From: a virus
Lineage: Duplodnaviria > Caudoviricetes
Direction: 5' to 3' (one strand)
Virus record (IMG/VR): IMGVR_UViG_3300032236_000424
Span: 1 to 34,038 of that record
Length of the DNA stretch: 34,038 nucleotides
How positions within the stretch are numbered: position 1 is the stretch's first letter; the number at the start of each line of letters is the position of its first letter. Both the position numbers and the translations under genes were made by a program. Shown here in pieces: positions 1-9,437 of the stretch. The notes beneath the pieces were generated by a model that made no database searches, was not told the DNA's origin, and worked only from the letters and a program-made list of their open reading frames with translations.

Positions 1-123
1 TCAACATACTGATTAACCAAAGTATTCTCAACAGCATGAGTGGATATTCTTTGAGGAATATAGCCATTCATTTGCATAATCTGGGATTGACCCCTGATAT
101 TTCTGGACAAATAGGCAAAGGAA
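1..123. repeat. Direct terminal repeat, copy 1 (circular assembly overlap)
   Basis: Bases 1-123 are identical to 33916-34038, and the gp10-like reading frame stays in frame across the join. Confidence 0.97.
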
Positions 124-1526
124 TTTCCTAGCCTAGCCACTGAAAATGGAGCAACAATGCCATGCTGAGTGGAAGTGCCAGGGATCCTCTGGAATGGGAA
201 AGGATAAGTCCCAGTATCTACCCAGACCTCTGAGGAAACCTCTCCCATTAAATAAACTTCCCTGTGATCCACAATCAGAGAAACTAAGTTATCTGGAGCA
301 CCATCTTTAGAGGCAAAACTAAGTGAATAGGAAATAGGGGAAAGTAGATTACTAGCCCCCCATTGTTGGGTATTTGGTTTGTTATAGACAAAATAATTGT
401 CCACTGTATCCACCACATCTGCACCAGTAAATGCCCCATCTGAGGATGGCAAAACAGTGAAATTGAGCACATACATGGTTTCAGAGGAGACTGTCTGAGT
501 ACCAGATAAAACATAAGATCCAGTGCCTCCAGAGCCTGTACCAAATGTCAGATTTAGGGTTAACCCTGTGCCAGATCCAGAATCAGTGACAGAAACTGGG
601 TTGCTAGGTGTGGAGGTATAGGCTCCAGGACTGGTCAAAGTCAGTCCAGTAACTGAGCCTCCAGAGCCTATTGTTGTGACTGTAAAGGTTGCAGGGCTTT
701 GCCCATAAACACCACCCACCACAGTGACCACATCATTGACAGAATATCCAGTGCCTGCAGTGGCTATGGTCTGGCTCAATACTGTCTGAGAGCCTAGAGC
801 TGTAATGACTGTGTTACTTGCCACACTAGTGCCTTGGACTGTCTGCCCAGGGTACAGAGTGCCAGAGGCAACAGCAGTTACATTGAGGGTAGATCCACTG
901 ATACTGGCTGTGATCTTGGCCGCCACAGCTGTAGAGTTCATCACCTCTGATGCCACTGACTGGCTAATATTTATGGTGTATGTTCCCACACCTCCAGAGC
1001 CAGTCCCCAAAGCTGTAATCACAGTTTCAGAAGTTACATTTAGACCAAATAAAGATTGCCCAATTCCAATAGTTCCATTGGTAACAGCTGTGACTGTTAG
1101 GGTTGTGCCAGAAACTGAGCCTGTAAACACAGCAGAACTAGGGCTAGAAATCCTCCAAGAATATCTGTAAACCCCATCCACAATGTAAGCATAAATCCCA
1201 TTATCTGTGATTCCAACTTGACCAGTGCTAGTCAATAACTGACCAATTAAGGTAGGAACCAGACTGGCAGTCATGGCATAAACATACTGACCACAGACTG
1301 CAATTAATTGATTTCCACCAGAAACAGCCCTTAAACCCCTGACTGGAGCCTGATTCTGAAATGCCACTAAAGAAGTCAGCCCAGGAGTTGGATAGAGTGC
1401 AACCACACCCCTAGTGCCTGGCTGTTTAAGTGGATCAATCTCTGGCCTCCAATTAATACACTCCTGATCATCTTGGTAGATAGATGCAGAAGAATAGGAT
1501 GGGCCAACAAAGCCAAATTCAGGCAT
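1..1526 (-). CDS. P22 gp10-like tail hub / DNA stabilisation protein, 5' part; continues at 33915..33303, about 712 aa in total
   Basis: Missing from the ORF track because it runs off the window. ATG at 1526 reads MPEFGFVGPSYSSASIYQDDQECINWRPEID, in frame with ORF 33303..34025 through the repeat. It follows the gp4-like gene. Confidence 0.85.
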   Translation of the reverse strand, partial: MPEFGFVGPSYSSASIYQDDQECINWRPEIDPLKQPGTRGVVALYPTPGLTSLVAFQNQAPVRGLRAVSGGNQLIAVCGQYVYAMTASLVPTLIGQLLTSTGQVGITDNGIYAYIVDGVYRYSWRISSPSSAVFTGSVSGTTLTVTAVTNGTIGIGQSLFGLNVTSETVITALGTGSGGVGTYTINISQSVASEVMNSTAVAAKITASISGSTLNVTAVASGTLYPGQTVQGTSVASNTVITALGSQTVLSQTIATAGTGYSVNDVVTVVGGVYGQSPATFTVTTIGSGGSVTGLTLTSPGAYTSTPSNPVSVTDSGSGTGLTLNLTFGTGSGGTGSYVLSGTQTVSSETMYVLNFTVLPSSDGAFTGADVVDTVDNYFVYNKPNTQQWGASNLLSPISYSLSFASKDGAPDNLVSLIVDHREVYLMGEVSSEVWVDTGTYPFPFQRIPGTSTQHGIVAPFSVARLGNSFAYLSRNIRGQSQIMQMNGYIPQRISTHAVENTLVNQYV

Positions 1527-1536
1527 TATTTAGTCC

Positions 1537-2511
1537 TCATCTAAAGAATCCACCGCTCAAGATCCACCCTGCATCTTTTTGTCTTCCAACCAATAAAGAG
1601 TCAGCATAGGTAGAAACTATTGGAGGTCTCATATTTGTTCTTTTGACTGTGGATTTGCCTTGGGCCGCATATTTCATAATCATGCTTATTTGGGTAGGAC
1701 TAGCCTTCCCATACATAGGCATTAGCCTCTCAGCCAAACACCACCTCAGAGCCATTGTGTAGCCTTGGGGTAAATTTACTGTGTCATTAATACTGGTGAA
1801 TTGCTGAAAGATTTGATCCACAAAAATATGCATCTCACCTTGGCTAGGATTAGGCCAGACATAGATGTTTCCCAGTGTCTCAGTTGGCTCATAATAGACT
1901 GCTTTAGGCCAAGGGCCATTTAAAGTCTTAAGCCCAATCATTTCATATTGCTCAATATTAAGCACAGAAACTGGATAATCCAAGCCTCCGTTTGTAATGG
2001 GTTGACCATTGGAATAGGTATTAATCCTGACAAAACATGAGTTCAGGGTCAGAGGCCTTTGGTAATAGGCATTAATGGTTTCACTGGAAATTGTGGGATT
2101 GCTTACACTTAGCTTGTAAGTTCCTGCCTCATTTATATTCCCACCTGCCCCTGTGAGCATTTGTGTGATTTTGGTTCCAGGGATAATATTAGTCCCAGAC
2201 AATGTCATGCCCAAGGAAATACCACCAGACTGGATGGATGTCACAGTCAAGGTAGTGCCTGAAATAGAGCCTGTAAATACAGCTCCAATTTGTCCCCCAG
2301 GGCCTATGGTGTACTGTGTCTGTCCTGAAACTAATGGGAAAATGATCTCATTCTTGTAAAAGACCATCATGCTCTCATTTGACCATTGGTCTAGCATGTC
2401 TTGGAGCATGTCATAAGCATCTTGGGCAGACTCAGGGGTTGGAGTCTCCCCTGCCTCCAAGGCTCCAATATCCTTTAATGCCCTAGAAATGATGTCAATA
2501 GCCTGAGTCAT
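1537..2511 (-). CDS. Head-tail adaptor (P22 gp4-like) with an inserted beta-rich module
   Basis: N-terminus [15 protein letters not shown]....QDA...L..MLDQW resembles gp4-type adaptors; lies directly upstream of the gp10-like gene. Confidence 0.7.
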   Translation of the reverse strand: MTQAIDIISRALKDIGALEAGETPTPESAQDAYDMLQDMLDQWSNESMMVFYKNEIIFPLVSGQTQYTIGPGGQIGAVFTGSISGTTLTVTSIQSGGISLGMTLSGTNIIPGTKITQMLTGAGGNINEAGTYKLSVSNPTISSETINAYYQRPLTLNSCFVRINTYSNGQPITNGGLDYPVSVLNIEQYEMIGLKTLNGPWPKAVYYEPTETLGNIYVWPNPSQGEMHIFVDQIFQQFTSINDTVNLPQGYTMALRWCLAERLMPMYGKASPTQISMIMKYAAQGKSTVKRTNMRPPIVSTYADSLLVGRQKDAGWILSGGFFR

Positions 2512-2519
2512 GGGTCACC

Positions 2520-2834
2520 TTATATATTTGGAGTGAAAACTTGTGGTTTCCAAGGAGGAACAACAGATTTTGACTGCTCTAAGAGTGCTAATTGTTCCTC
2601 AAGCCTTGATTTTATTACACAAAGCCCATCTTTCATAGCATCTTTTTCTATCCACCCAACCACCATTTCCTCTGTAATTTCTGCAAAAGGAATCTTGTTC
2701 TCAGGGTCTAAAAAGTACCAATTGCCCTCAGTTTCAACTGTATTTTCGCCATCAGATAGGCTTACATGGTATTTAGCATGGGTGATGACTTCATTTTCTG
2801 CACTTAGTTCTGATATTGTCCATTTGTAAATCAT
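2520..2834 (-). CDS. Hypothetical tail-fibre-associated protein
   Basis: ORF; likely start MIYKWTI at 2834 overlaps the upstream stop (ATGA). Contains IPFAEITEEMVVGW and PPW motifs. Confidence 0.6.
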   Translation of the reverse strand: MIYKWTISELSAENEVITHAKYHVSLSDGENTVETEGNWYFLDPENKIPFAEITEEMVVGWIEKDAMKDGLCVIKSRLEEQLALLEQSKSVVPPWKPQVFTPNI

Positions 2835-3199
2835 ACTGGCACCCATGTTTTAGTTGTTTCATCCCAATTATAAAAATTATTATCTGTTGGATATGGAGTA
2901 GGAGGTGTCCAAGTCCAATTTGGAGAACTTATTGTCCAAGATGGATATGGTTGTGGAGGATAAAAAACATCATTAACTTGATCATAAATATAACCTATTC
3001 CTGCATAATTTCCACGCAAAGCAATTCCACCGTCAGGTTGCCCATTAGAATCATAATGAATTCCTCCCCTAGTGTTATATGAAGTTTGAATCCATTGACC
3101 AGGAGATGTATCTATAAAATGTCCATTGGTAAAAAAATCTGCTTCTGCAACAATAACAGTAATAACAATTCCATTATTAACTTTTGCATAATGACTCAT
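2831..3199 (-). CDS. Phage protein partnered with the glycine-rich tail protein
   Basis: Motifs MSHYAKV, WIQTSYN, RGNYAGIGY and PPQPYPSW; ATGA coupling to the upstream Gly-rich gene. Confidence 0.65.
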   Translation of the reverse strand: MSHYAKVNNGIVITVIVAEADFFTNGHFIDTSPGQWIQTSYNTRGGIHYDSNGQPDGGIALRGNYAGIGYIYDQVNDVFYPPQPYPSWTISSPNWTWTPPTPYPTDNNFYNWDETTKTWVPV

Positions 3200-4368
3200 C
3201 CTGTATAACTCCCTGATGAAGTATATTTAATAATAGTATTTGAACCTGAAGTAGTAACAGTCGGACTTCCTGTTGTAATTCCAGAATAACTATTTGTAGG
3301 AACTGAGATAATAACAACTCCTGAGCCACCGCTACCACCACTATATACAGTTGTTGCAGCACCTCCACCACCTCCACCACCAGTATTGACAGTTCCAGAT
3401 GTACCACTTCCTCCATTTGATCCCGCTCCACCACCACCATTTCCCCCAGTACCTGGAGTTCCTCCTGATACATAATTTCCACCGCCTCCACCACCAGCAT
3501 AATAAACAGCAGAACCAGTAATTGAAGAACTTAAACCAACTCCTCCATTTCCTGCTTGTGAACCAGAATAATTACCTCCTACTCCTCCAGCTCCTCCTCC
3601 TCCTCCCCCAGAATAATATGGGCCTCCTGAAGTAGCATTTCCCCCCGCATTTCCTTGCCCAGAAGTTCCAGAAGCTCCAGTAAGGTTGTTATTATCTCCA
3701 CCACCACCAGAACCGCCACTTGCAGGAGCAATTGATCCAGAACCAGAACCGCCTCCCCCTCCTCCTATTGCAGTTGTTAATCCAGTAAAAGATGAATTAG
3801 CACCACTTGAATTTGATCCTCCTTGACCGGAAGTTGTAGCTCCAGTTCCTCCACCTCCAACAGTAATTGTATAAACTGTTGATGGAGTAATTGTTGTTGT
3901 ACCAGATAGTAATCCTCCAGCTCCCCCCCCTCCTCCTTGAGCTATTCCACCACCTCCACCACCAGCTACAATTAAATAAGAAGCTGTATAAACTGCTGGG
4001 CCTGGAGTTGAAGCATTAAATCCAGAATATGGTATCCATCCTTGAGTTGTATCTATATAAACAAATGCAATAGACTCTCTATTTGTACTCAATAAAACAT
4101 TAACAGTTGATCCGTCTAATTTTGATCCATTAGGATTAATAATAAGGTTATTAGTTGCAAATGTTCCTGCATAATCTGTTAATTGAATGTAATTTCCTAC
4201 ACTAGGATTAAATGGAAAAGTTACTGTAATTGATCCAGATGTTGTGTTTATTGGGTATCCGTTGCCACTTATAGCAGAAAAACTTGTAGTTTGGACGGAT
4301 TGCCAAGCTAAACTAGAATTAGCCGTAGATAACAAATTATATTGAAAGGACTGCCCAGGAAAAGACAT
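3196..4368 (-). CDS. Glycine-rich domain tail / receptor-binding protein
   Basis: 390 aa with YLIVAGGGGGG...GGGGAGG...GGSGVVII polyglycine tracts after a fibre-type N-terminal domain. Confidence 0.7.
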   Translation of the reverse strand: MSFPGQSFQYNLLSTANSSLAWQSVQTTSFSAISGNGYPINTTSGSITVTFPFNPSVGNYIQLTDYAGTFATNNLIINPNGSKLDGSTVNVLLSTNRESIAFVYIDTTQGWIPYSGFNASTPGPAVYTASYLIVAGGGGGGIAQGGGGGAGGLLSGTTTITPSTVYTITVGGGGTGATTSGQGGSNSSGANSSFTGLTTAIGGGGGGSGSGSIAPASGGSGGGGDNNNLTGASGTSGQGNAGGNATSGGPYYSGGGGGGAGGVGGNYSGSQAGNGGVGLSSSITGSAVYYAGGGGGGNYVSGGTPGTGGNGGGGAGSNGGSGTSGTVNTGGGGGGGAATTVYSGGSGGSGVVIISVPTNSYSGITTGSPTVTTSGSNTIIKYTSSGSYTG

Positions 4369-4778
4369 TAGTATTGACCTCCAAAAGCCATTACGTTTAA
4401 GTCTGCACTAGTTGTACCCACTTGCTCAGAAATATACAACTGATAAGTTGGAGGTAAAACCAAGTTATTAAATGTAACTGTTGTTGTAAAAGCAGTTACT
4501 GTAGTACTTGGAGTTATAGCAGAAACTGGAATTTCAGCATAAAGATATGAAGTTGTTCCGTTATAAATCCAAATATCAACAATGTTAGCTACCGTTGTTC
4601 CTTTAGCAGTAACTGAAATAGCATCTACTTTTGTTCCGTTTGTGGATGTTGCAGTAAGTTGAACCAGTCCAGTTGTACCGGTAATGTTAGCCCTAGAAGT
4701 AATAGCAGTTGCAGATGTTAATGTCGCAATGCCTACTATGGGCGTTAATGGGAAAATAGGTGAAGTGTTTGATGCCAT
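4368..4778 (-). CDS. Hypothetical tail-associated beta-rich protein
   Basis: 136-aa Thr-rich ORF coupled to both neighbouring fibre genes. Confidence 0.6.
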   Translation of the reverse strand: MASNTSPIFPLTPIVGIATLTSATAITSRANITGTTGLVQLTATSTNGTKVDAISVTAKGTTVANIVDIWIYNGTTSYLYAEIPVSAITPSTTVTAFTTTVTFNNLVLPPTYQLYISEQVGTTSADLNVMAFGGQY

Positions 4779-7700
4779 TTAAATGTAGCCCCCAAAGTTT
4801 TGTTGTAAGGTAATGTTAAGCGCAGGAGGTGAAGAACCACCACTAGCATTTGCCCAAATAGGCGCTGCAGATGAGCCTTGGGAAGTTAATACCTGCCCAG
4901 TTGTTCCATATCCAGTTGTGCCAGTTGTTGCAGGGGTTGTACCCAGATTAGTTGACAATCCAATAGCACCACTAGCATTGATAACGTGAGCAGATTGACC
5001 AGTTGTACCCCATGCAAAATAATACTTAAAACCATTACCTGAACCAACAGTAATATCACCATCATGGCCAGAGAAATAAATACCATTGTTGATGCTAAAG
5101 AAATCTGCAAAAGTTCCACTAGCAGTATAAGTGCTTGAATTCATGCCAAACTCACCATAATAGGTTGAGTCTGTCCCTAAATTGTTGGAAATTACATAAT
5201 TTGTAGAAGCTCCTGCACTATTGCTTAAGTTTTGAATTACTAATTGATTGTAAGAACTAGCAGTTGTAGACCCAAAGGAAGCAATAGTATTAGAAGCATT
5301 AAAACTCAAAACTGGAGTTGTGCTTGTAACTGTATTGGCACTTAAAGTTGTAAAGTCCCCACTTGACCTAGTTGTCGCACCTATTGACCCATTAAATGTA
5401 CCCGCAAATCCTGTGGCAGTTAATATGCCTGTATTAGGCACAAAAGACAATTTAGTTGAGCTAGTTGTTTCCCCTGTAATAGTGCCTGTTGTGGCAGTAG
5501 TCAGGGTTGGGTAATAAGTAGAGCTAGAACTTGTATTGTCTGTGATTGTAATGCCAGAGACTGGAGCAGTTGCCCAAGTAGGAACTCCACCTGCCAATGT
5601 CAGAATGTAGCCATTTGTACTTGCCGCTAAAAATGTAGTTGCCCCAGACCCAGTCTGATAGGGTAATGAGCCATTTGCTCCCCCTGCAAGGTTTGTAGCA
5701 CTTGTGGCTAATGTGGATGTTGCTGAGTTTCCACCAATAGAAAGACTTGAGGCAGTTCCTGTGAGTCCTGTGCCTGCTCCACTAAACACAGTAGCAGTCA
5801 GAGTTCCTGTGCTTGGGTTGTATTGGTATTTTGTGGAACTGGTGTATTCAGTTGAGATACTTCCACTTGTCTGGTTAGCAAATAATGGGTATCTTGTGCC
5901 GTTGGTTGTCGTGTCATCCGTTACAGAAGCATAGCTAACTGGGGTTGCCCAAGTAGGTGCACTTGTGCCATTACTTTGTAAAAACTGTCCAGTTGTACCT
6001 ACAGCACTCAAAGCCAAAGCAGATGCTGTAGAGTAGGCAATAGCTCCTGCACTTGCAGTTAAATTGGCATTAGTTCCACCATAAGCTAAACCAATTAATG
6101 AGCCATTCCAAACTGAATTTGTAATATTTTGCCCTGCCATGCTAAGAGTATTTGTTCCCCAAGATACAAATCCTGTAGAACTATTTGCAGGAGGTAACAA
6201 ATAACCACCCCAATTCCCTGTTGCAGAACCATTTCCATAAGAATAGATATATCCTGCTGAACCAGATGGGCCTGAATAAACTGTACTTCCTGCACTATCT
6301 GTAACAGTTACAGTTCCAGTTGAATCATTATCAATAATGTATGCCATTCCTAATGGAATAGTTGTCAAATCAGGAAGTTTTATAGTTTGATTTGAAGACC
6401 CTGTAACGTGCTGATAATAACTAGATGCAATTGTTAAAGTAGTTGTTCCACCAGATGATGCAATGTTTGTAAGATTTGGGGCTTCATTATTCCAAGTAAT
6501 ATTAGCATTTGAATCTCTTAAAACTACAGAATTAGCTCCACTTGAACTAGTTACTCCAGTTCCTCCACTACTCACACCTAAAGTGCCTGCAAGAGTAACA
6601 GCTCCAGTTGTTGAAGTGCTTGGAGTCAACCCAGACAAAGAGGTCTGGAATGTAGATACAAAATTACCTGAAAGAGCAGATGTGGGAATGGTTGTGGAGG
6701 CAGTCATTGCTCCAGTTCCATTGCCATATACATAGCCTGTCAGGGTTGTTGCTCCAGTACCTCCATTGGATGCATTTAAAGTGCCTCCAAGAGTGATTGC
6801 TCCTGTGCTTGTAGTGTTAGGAGTAAATCCTGTAGTTCCACCAGAAAAGCTAAGAACACCAGTATTTGCTATTGTTACAGCTGTTGATCCATTGTAGCTA
6901 GTGCCTGAAAGTCCTGTGCCTATAGTCAAAGCATTTGGATTTACAGCAGTTATAGTGGCTGATCCACCCAAACTAATAGAACTTCCATTTATTGTGATTG
7001 AGCTATTTGTCAATCCAGAATTAGGAATAGTTGCATTAATTTGACTAGGTGCAATGCTAATTGATGTATTGGTTACAGATGAAACCTGACCTGATGCATT
7101 TGTAACAAATACTGGAACACTTGAGGCAGATCCATAAGTGCCTGCAGTGCCTACTGGAGTGATGCTGAACTGGTATCCAGACAAAGTCAGCCCAGTGCCT
7201 GCTGTATACACAGAGGAATTGCTGAACTGGCTGAATGTTATGGCAGTTGTTCCTAGTGTTCCATTTTGTGGAATAGTGGAAACCCAAGCAGATCCAGACT
7301 GACCACCATTTTCTACAAATAGAAAAGCAGAAACTAGCTCTGCATATGTGTCAGCATCAGTAGATCTAGTCCATCCACTTGCAGATGCTATATAAATACC
7401 ATTATTAGCCTGAGTTCCTTGGTTTTTAACCAAAACTCTATCACCAGACAATGTGGTGTAGCCATCAATGGTCTGCAATCCAGACAGTGTGATGTTGGTA
7501 GTTGTGGCAACTTGTGCAGGCTGTTTGAATGCCAAACCCTGTGCAACTGCATCCACATATGATTTATTGACCAAATCTGTAGGATTTACAGCTGTGGTGC
7601 TAATTGTTCCAGTGACTGTGCTGATATTGGTAAATGCTCCAGATGATGGAGTCACTAGCCCAATAGTTGTGCTGTTTATTGTGCTATTTGTAATGTTTAA

Positions 7701-7835
7701 GCCAGATTGGCTTGGGTTTACAGTAGCATAAAAAGGTTGCCCCTGACCTATAAAAGTCTGGAAATTGCCATAAACATCAAAATATGCTTGAACTGGCAGT
7801 AGGTTTTGATCAGATGTTAAGGCAGGGGCAGTCAT
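4779..7835 (-). CDS. Long tail fibre protein
   Basis: 1018 aa, rich in T/S/G. Carries the fibre motif NKSYVD..AQGL..K....VATTTNITLSGLQTIDG.....GDRVLVKNQ, repeated GGTG motifs and duplicated segments (TDDTTTNGTRYP.. / TDNTSSSSTYYP..). Confidence 0.85.
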   Translation of the reverse strand: MTAPALTSDQNLLPVQAYFDVYGNFQTFIGQGQPFYATVNPSQSGLNITNSTINSTTIGLVTPSSGAFTNISTVTGTISTTAVNPTDLVNKSYVDAVAQGLAFKQPAQVATTTNITLSGLQTIDGYTTLSGDRVLVKNQGTQANNGIYIASASGWTRSTDADTYAELVSAFLFVENGGQSGSAWVSTIPQNGTLGTTAITFSQFSNSSVYTAGTGLTLSGYQFSITPVGTAGTYGSASSVPVFVTNASGQVSSVTNTSISIAPSQINATIPNSGLTNSSITINGSSISLGGSATITAVNPNALTIGTGLSGTSYNGSTAVTIANTGVLSFSGGTTGFTPNTTSTGAITLGGTLNASNGGTGATTLTGYVYGNGTGAMTASTTIPTSALSGNFVSTFQTSLSGLTPSTSTTGAVTLAGTLGVSSGGTGVTSSSGANSVVLRDSNANITWNNEAPNLTNIASSGGTTTLTIASSYYQHVTGSSNQTIKLPDLTTIPLGMAYIIDNDSTGTVTVTDSAGSTVYSGPSGSAGYIYSYGNGSATGNWGGYLLPPANSSTGFVSWGTNTLSMAGQNITNSVWNGSLIGLAYGGTNANLTASAGAIAYSTASALALSAVGTTGQFLQSNGTSAPTWATPVSYASVTDDTTTNGTRYPLFANQTSGSISTEYTSSTKYQYNPSTGTLTATVFSGAGTGLTGTASSLSIGGNSATSTLATSATNLAGGANGSLPYQTGSGATTFLAASTNGYILTLAGGVPTWATAPVSGITITDNTSSSSTYYPTLTTATTGTITGETTSSTKLSFVPNTGILTATGFAGTFNGSIGATTRSSGDFTTLSANTVTSTTPVLSFNASNTIASFGSTTASSYNQLVIQNLSNSAGASTNYVISNNLGTDSTYYGEFGMNSSTYTASGTFADFFSINNGIYFSGHDGDITVGSGNGFKYYFAWGTTGQSAHVINASGAIGLSTNLGTTPATTGTTGYGTTGQVLTSQGSSAAPIWANASGGSSPPALNITLQQNFGGYI

Positions 7836-7836
7836 C

Positions 7837-8196
7837 TCAGAATGGGATAGCAGTTAGGATTAATGTATCACCTGCACTCATATTAGCCGCATTTCCAGTA
7901 GTAATGCTATAGCTGTTAATGGTTGCAGTTGTTGTAGTGTAAGCAGTTTGTTGCAAGAACAAAGTGGTTCCACTTGTGATGTCATAGCCTTGAACTAGCC
8001 ACCCATTTGGAGCAGGAGGAAATGTTAAAACTCCACTTCCTGATGCTGTGCTACCAACAATCACCCTAAAAGCATTGGTCTGATTACCTAGAACATAACC
8101 ATTGGAACCAAAGCCAGAGGCAATTGTTGGAACAGTGTCATATGCCAATACAGCAACTGTATTGATTGTCTGTGTTGATGCTACTTGATTGGTCAT
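7837..8196 (-). CDS. Putative minor virion protein
   Basis: Small beta-rich ORF in the structural operon, translationally coupled. Confidence 0.55.
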   Translation of the reverse strand: MTNQVASTQTINTVAVLAYDTVPTIASGFGSNGYVLGNQTNAFRVIVGSTASGSGVLTFPPAPNGWLVQGYDITSGTTLFLQQTAYTTTTATINSYSITTGNAANMSAGDTLILTAIPF

Positions 8197-8546
8197 GATT
8201 GATCAGCCACAGGCATTACATAAAGAGTGGTAGCCGTTCCAACTGCACTCAAATTAAATCCATTTGCAGGCACTGCAATCACAGTAGGCTGAGACATGGA
8301 AATACCAAGCACAAATGATGTGCTAGTGTTTCCTGCTGTAGGCAATACTGCTGATGGTGCTGTGATGCTAGTAGGATTTAATGGTGCAATTGAAATAGCC
8401 ACTGGTGTAGATGCAGTATTCAAAAATGCACAGTAGTTGATCTGGTCATTGCCAACAGGGACAATGCTCAGAGAGCTACTAGCAGTTGTGGTTACTGCCA
8501 CAGCATAGGTCTGGCCTATGGGTCTGTAGACACTAGTGTTAGCCAT
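8193..8546 (-). CDS. Putative minor virion protein
   Basis: Small beta-rich ORF in the structural operon. Confidence 0.55.
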   Translation of the reverse strand: MANTSVYRPIGQTYAVAVTTTASSSLSIVPVGNDQINYCAFLNTASTPVAISIAPLNPTSITAPSAVLPTAGNTSTSFVLGISMSQPTVIAVPANGFNLSAVGTATTLYVMPVADQS

Positions 8547-8548
8547 GA

Positions 8549-8887
8549 TTAAGCCGCGTTAACTGCAATTGGCAAACCCTCAACTCTATGAACTTTGAAG
8601 TCATAGACACCAGAGGCAGGGATAATGGCAGTTGCCGCACCAGAAACATTCTGGAATTGAACTGTCAAAACATTAGGATTTGCAACATCACAATTTGTGA
8701 TTGCAATATTGGAAGTTTGGTTTCCTTGATACTGTAAGAAAGTAACAATATCTGTAGCCAATAAACCAGGGATAGGGAAAGTCTGTAAAGACTGAACTGA
8801 AGATGTGGTCAGGATTGTTGGGGTAAGAGTAGGAGCAATAACAAACTGCTCTAATATGTTGCCCCTTGCAATTGTGGTGCTTGACAT
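8549..8887 (-). CDS. Putative minor virion / decoration protein
   Basis: ORF with an AAGGA ribosome-binding site, downstream of the capsid terminator. Confidence 0.55.
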   Translation of the reverse strand: MSSTTIARGNILEQFVIAPTLTPTILTTSSVQSLQTFPIPGLLATDIVTFLQYQGNQTSNIAITNCDVANPNVLTVQFQNVSGAATAIIPASGVYDFKVHRVEGLPIAVNAA

Positions 8888-8923
8888 GATTTTTTTCCTT
8901 TGAAAATTTAAATTGTACTGTTT

Positions 8924-8960
8924 AAAACAGAAAAAGCTACCCCTTTTGAGAGTAGCTTTC
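8924..8960 (-). terminator. Rho-independent terminator after the coat and decoration genes
   Basis: Minus strand AAAGCUACUCUC-AA-AAGGGGUAGCUUUUUCUGUUUU forms a stem followed by a U tract. Confidence 0.8.
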
Positions 8961-8977
8961 CCTTATTTCAGTAAATA

Positions 8978-9406
8978 TTAGCTGAAGTCATAGCCATAAA
9001 CATAGATGTCTACAGTACCAGTGTTGCCTGATGCTGTGGTCACGTTTGCATATAGATATTGGCCTTGATAAGCTGTGCTTGTAGCTGATGCATCTACATA
9101 CTGAACACCCAAGTTGGTTGTACAGTTAGAGGCAGTCACACTTCCAAAGATTGATGTACCAGATCCAGATGCAGGAGTAATGGTTGCCACCAAAGATGCG
9201 GCACTCACTGTAGTTCCATTATTGTTGGAATTGGTAATGATCAACTCTTTTGGCATGTATGTTGTAGAGTTGTTAACTTGGATTTGTGTTGTTGCTACAG
9301 CATTAGCATTTACACCCTTTGCCACAGCAATCAAGCGCAATGCTTGGTTTGTGGTGACATTACTTGGGTGTGCTGAGACTGTGGTTGCGGGTCCGGGATT
9401 ACTCAT
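8978..9406 (-). CDS. Putative capsid decoration / cement protein
   Basis: 142 aa directly after the coat gene and before the terminator; strong AAGGA RBS; C-terminal VDIYVYG strand. Confidence 0.6.
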   Translation of the reverse strand: MSNPGPATTVSAHPSNVTTNQALRLIAVAKGVNANAVATTQIQVNNSTTYMPKELIITNSNNNGTTVSAASLVATITPASGSGTSIFGSVTASNCTTNLGVQYVDASATSTAYQGQYLYANVTTASGNTGTVDIYVYGYDFS

Positions 9407-9437
9407 TTTGTATTTCCTTTAATGTAAATGTGAATGA

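Noticed and set aside
1-1536. Apparently non-coding region with small ORFs 284..544 and 805..1170
   Set aside because: It is the 5' part of the gp10-like gene crossing the join; the small ORFs are shadows.
3320-3965. CCT/CCA triplet repeats as a DNA repeat array, CRISPR or DGR target
   Set aside because: They are explained by poly-Gly coding; there is no repeat-spacer structure and no reverse transcriptase gene.
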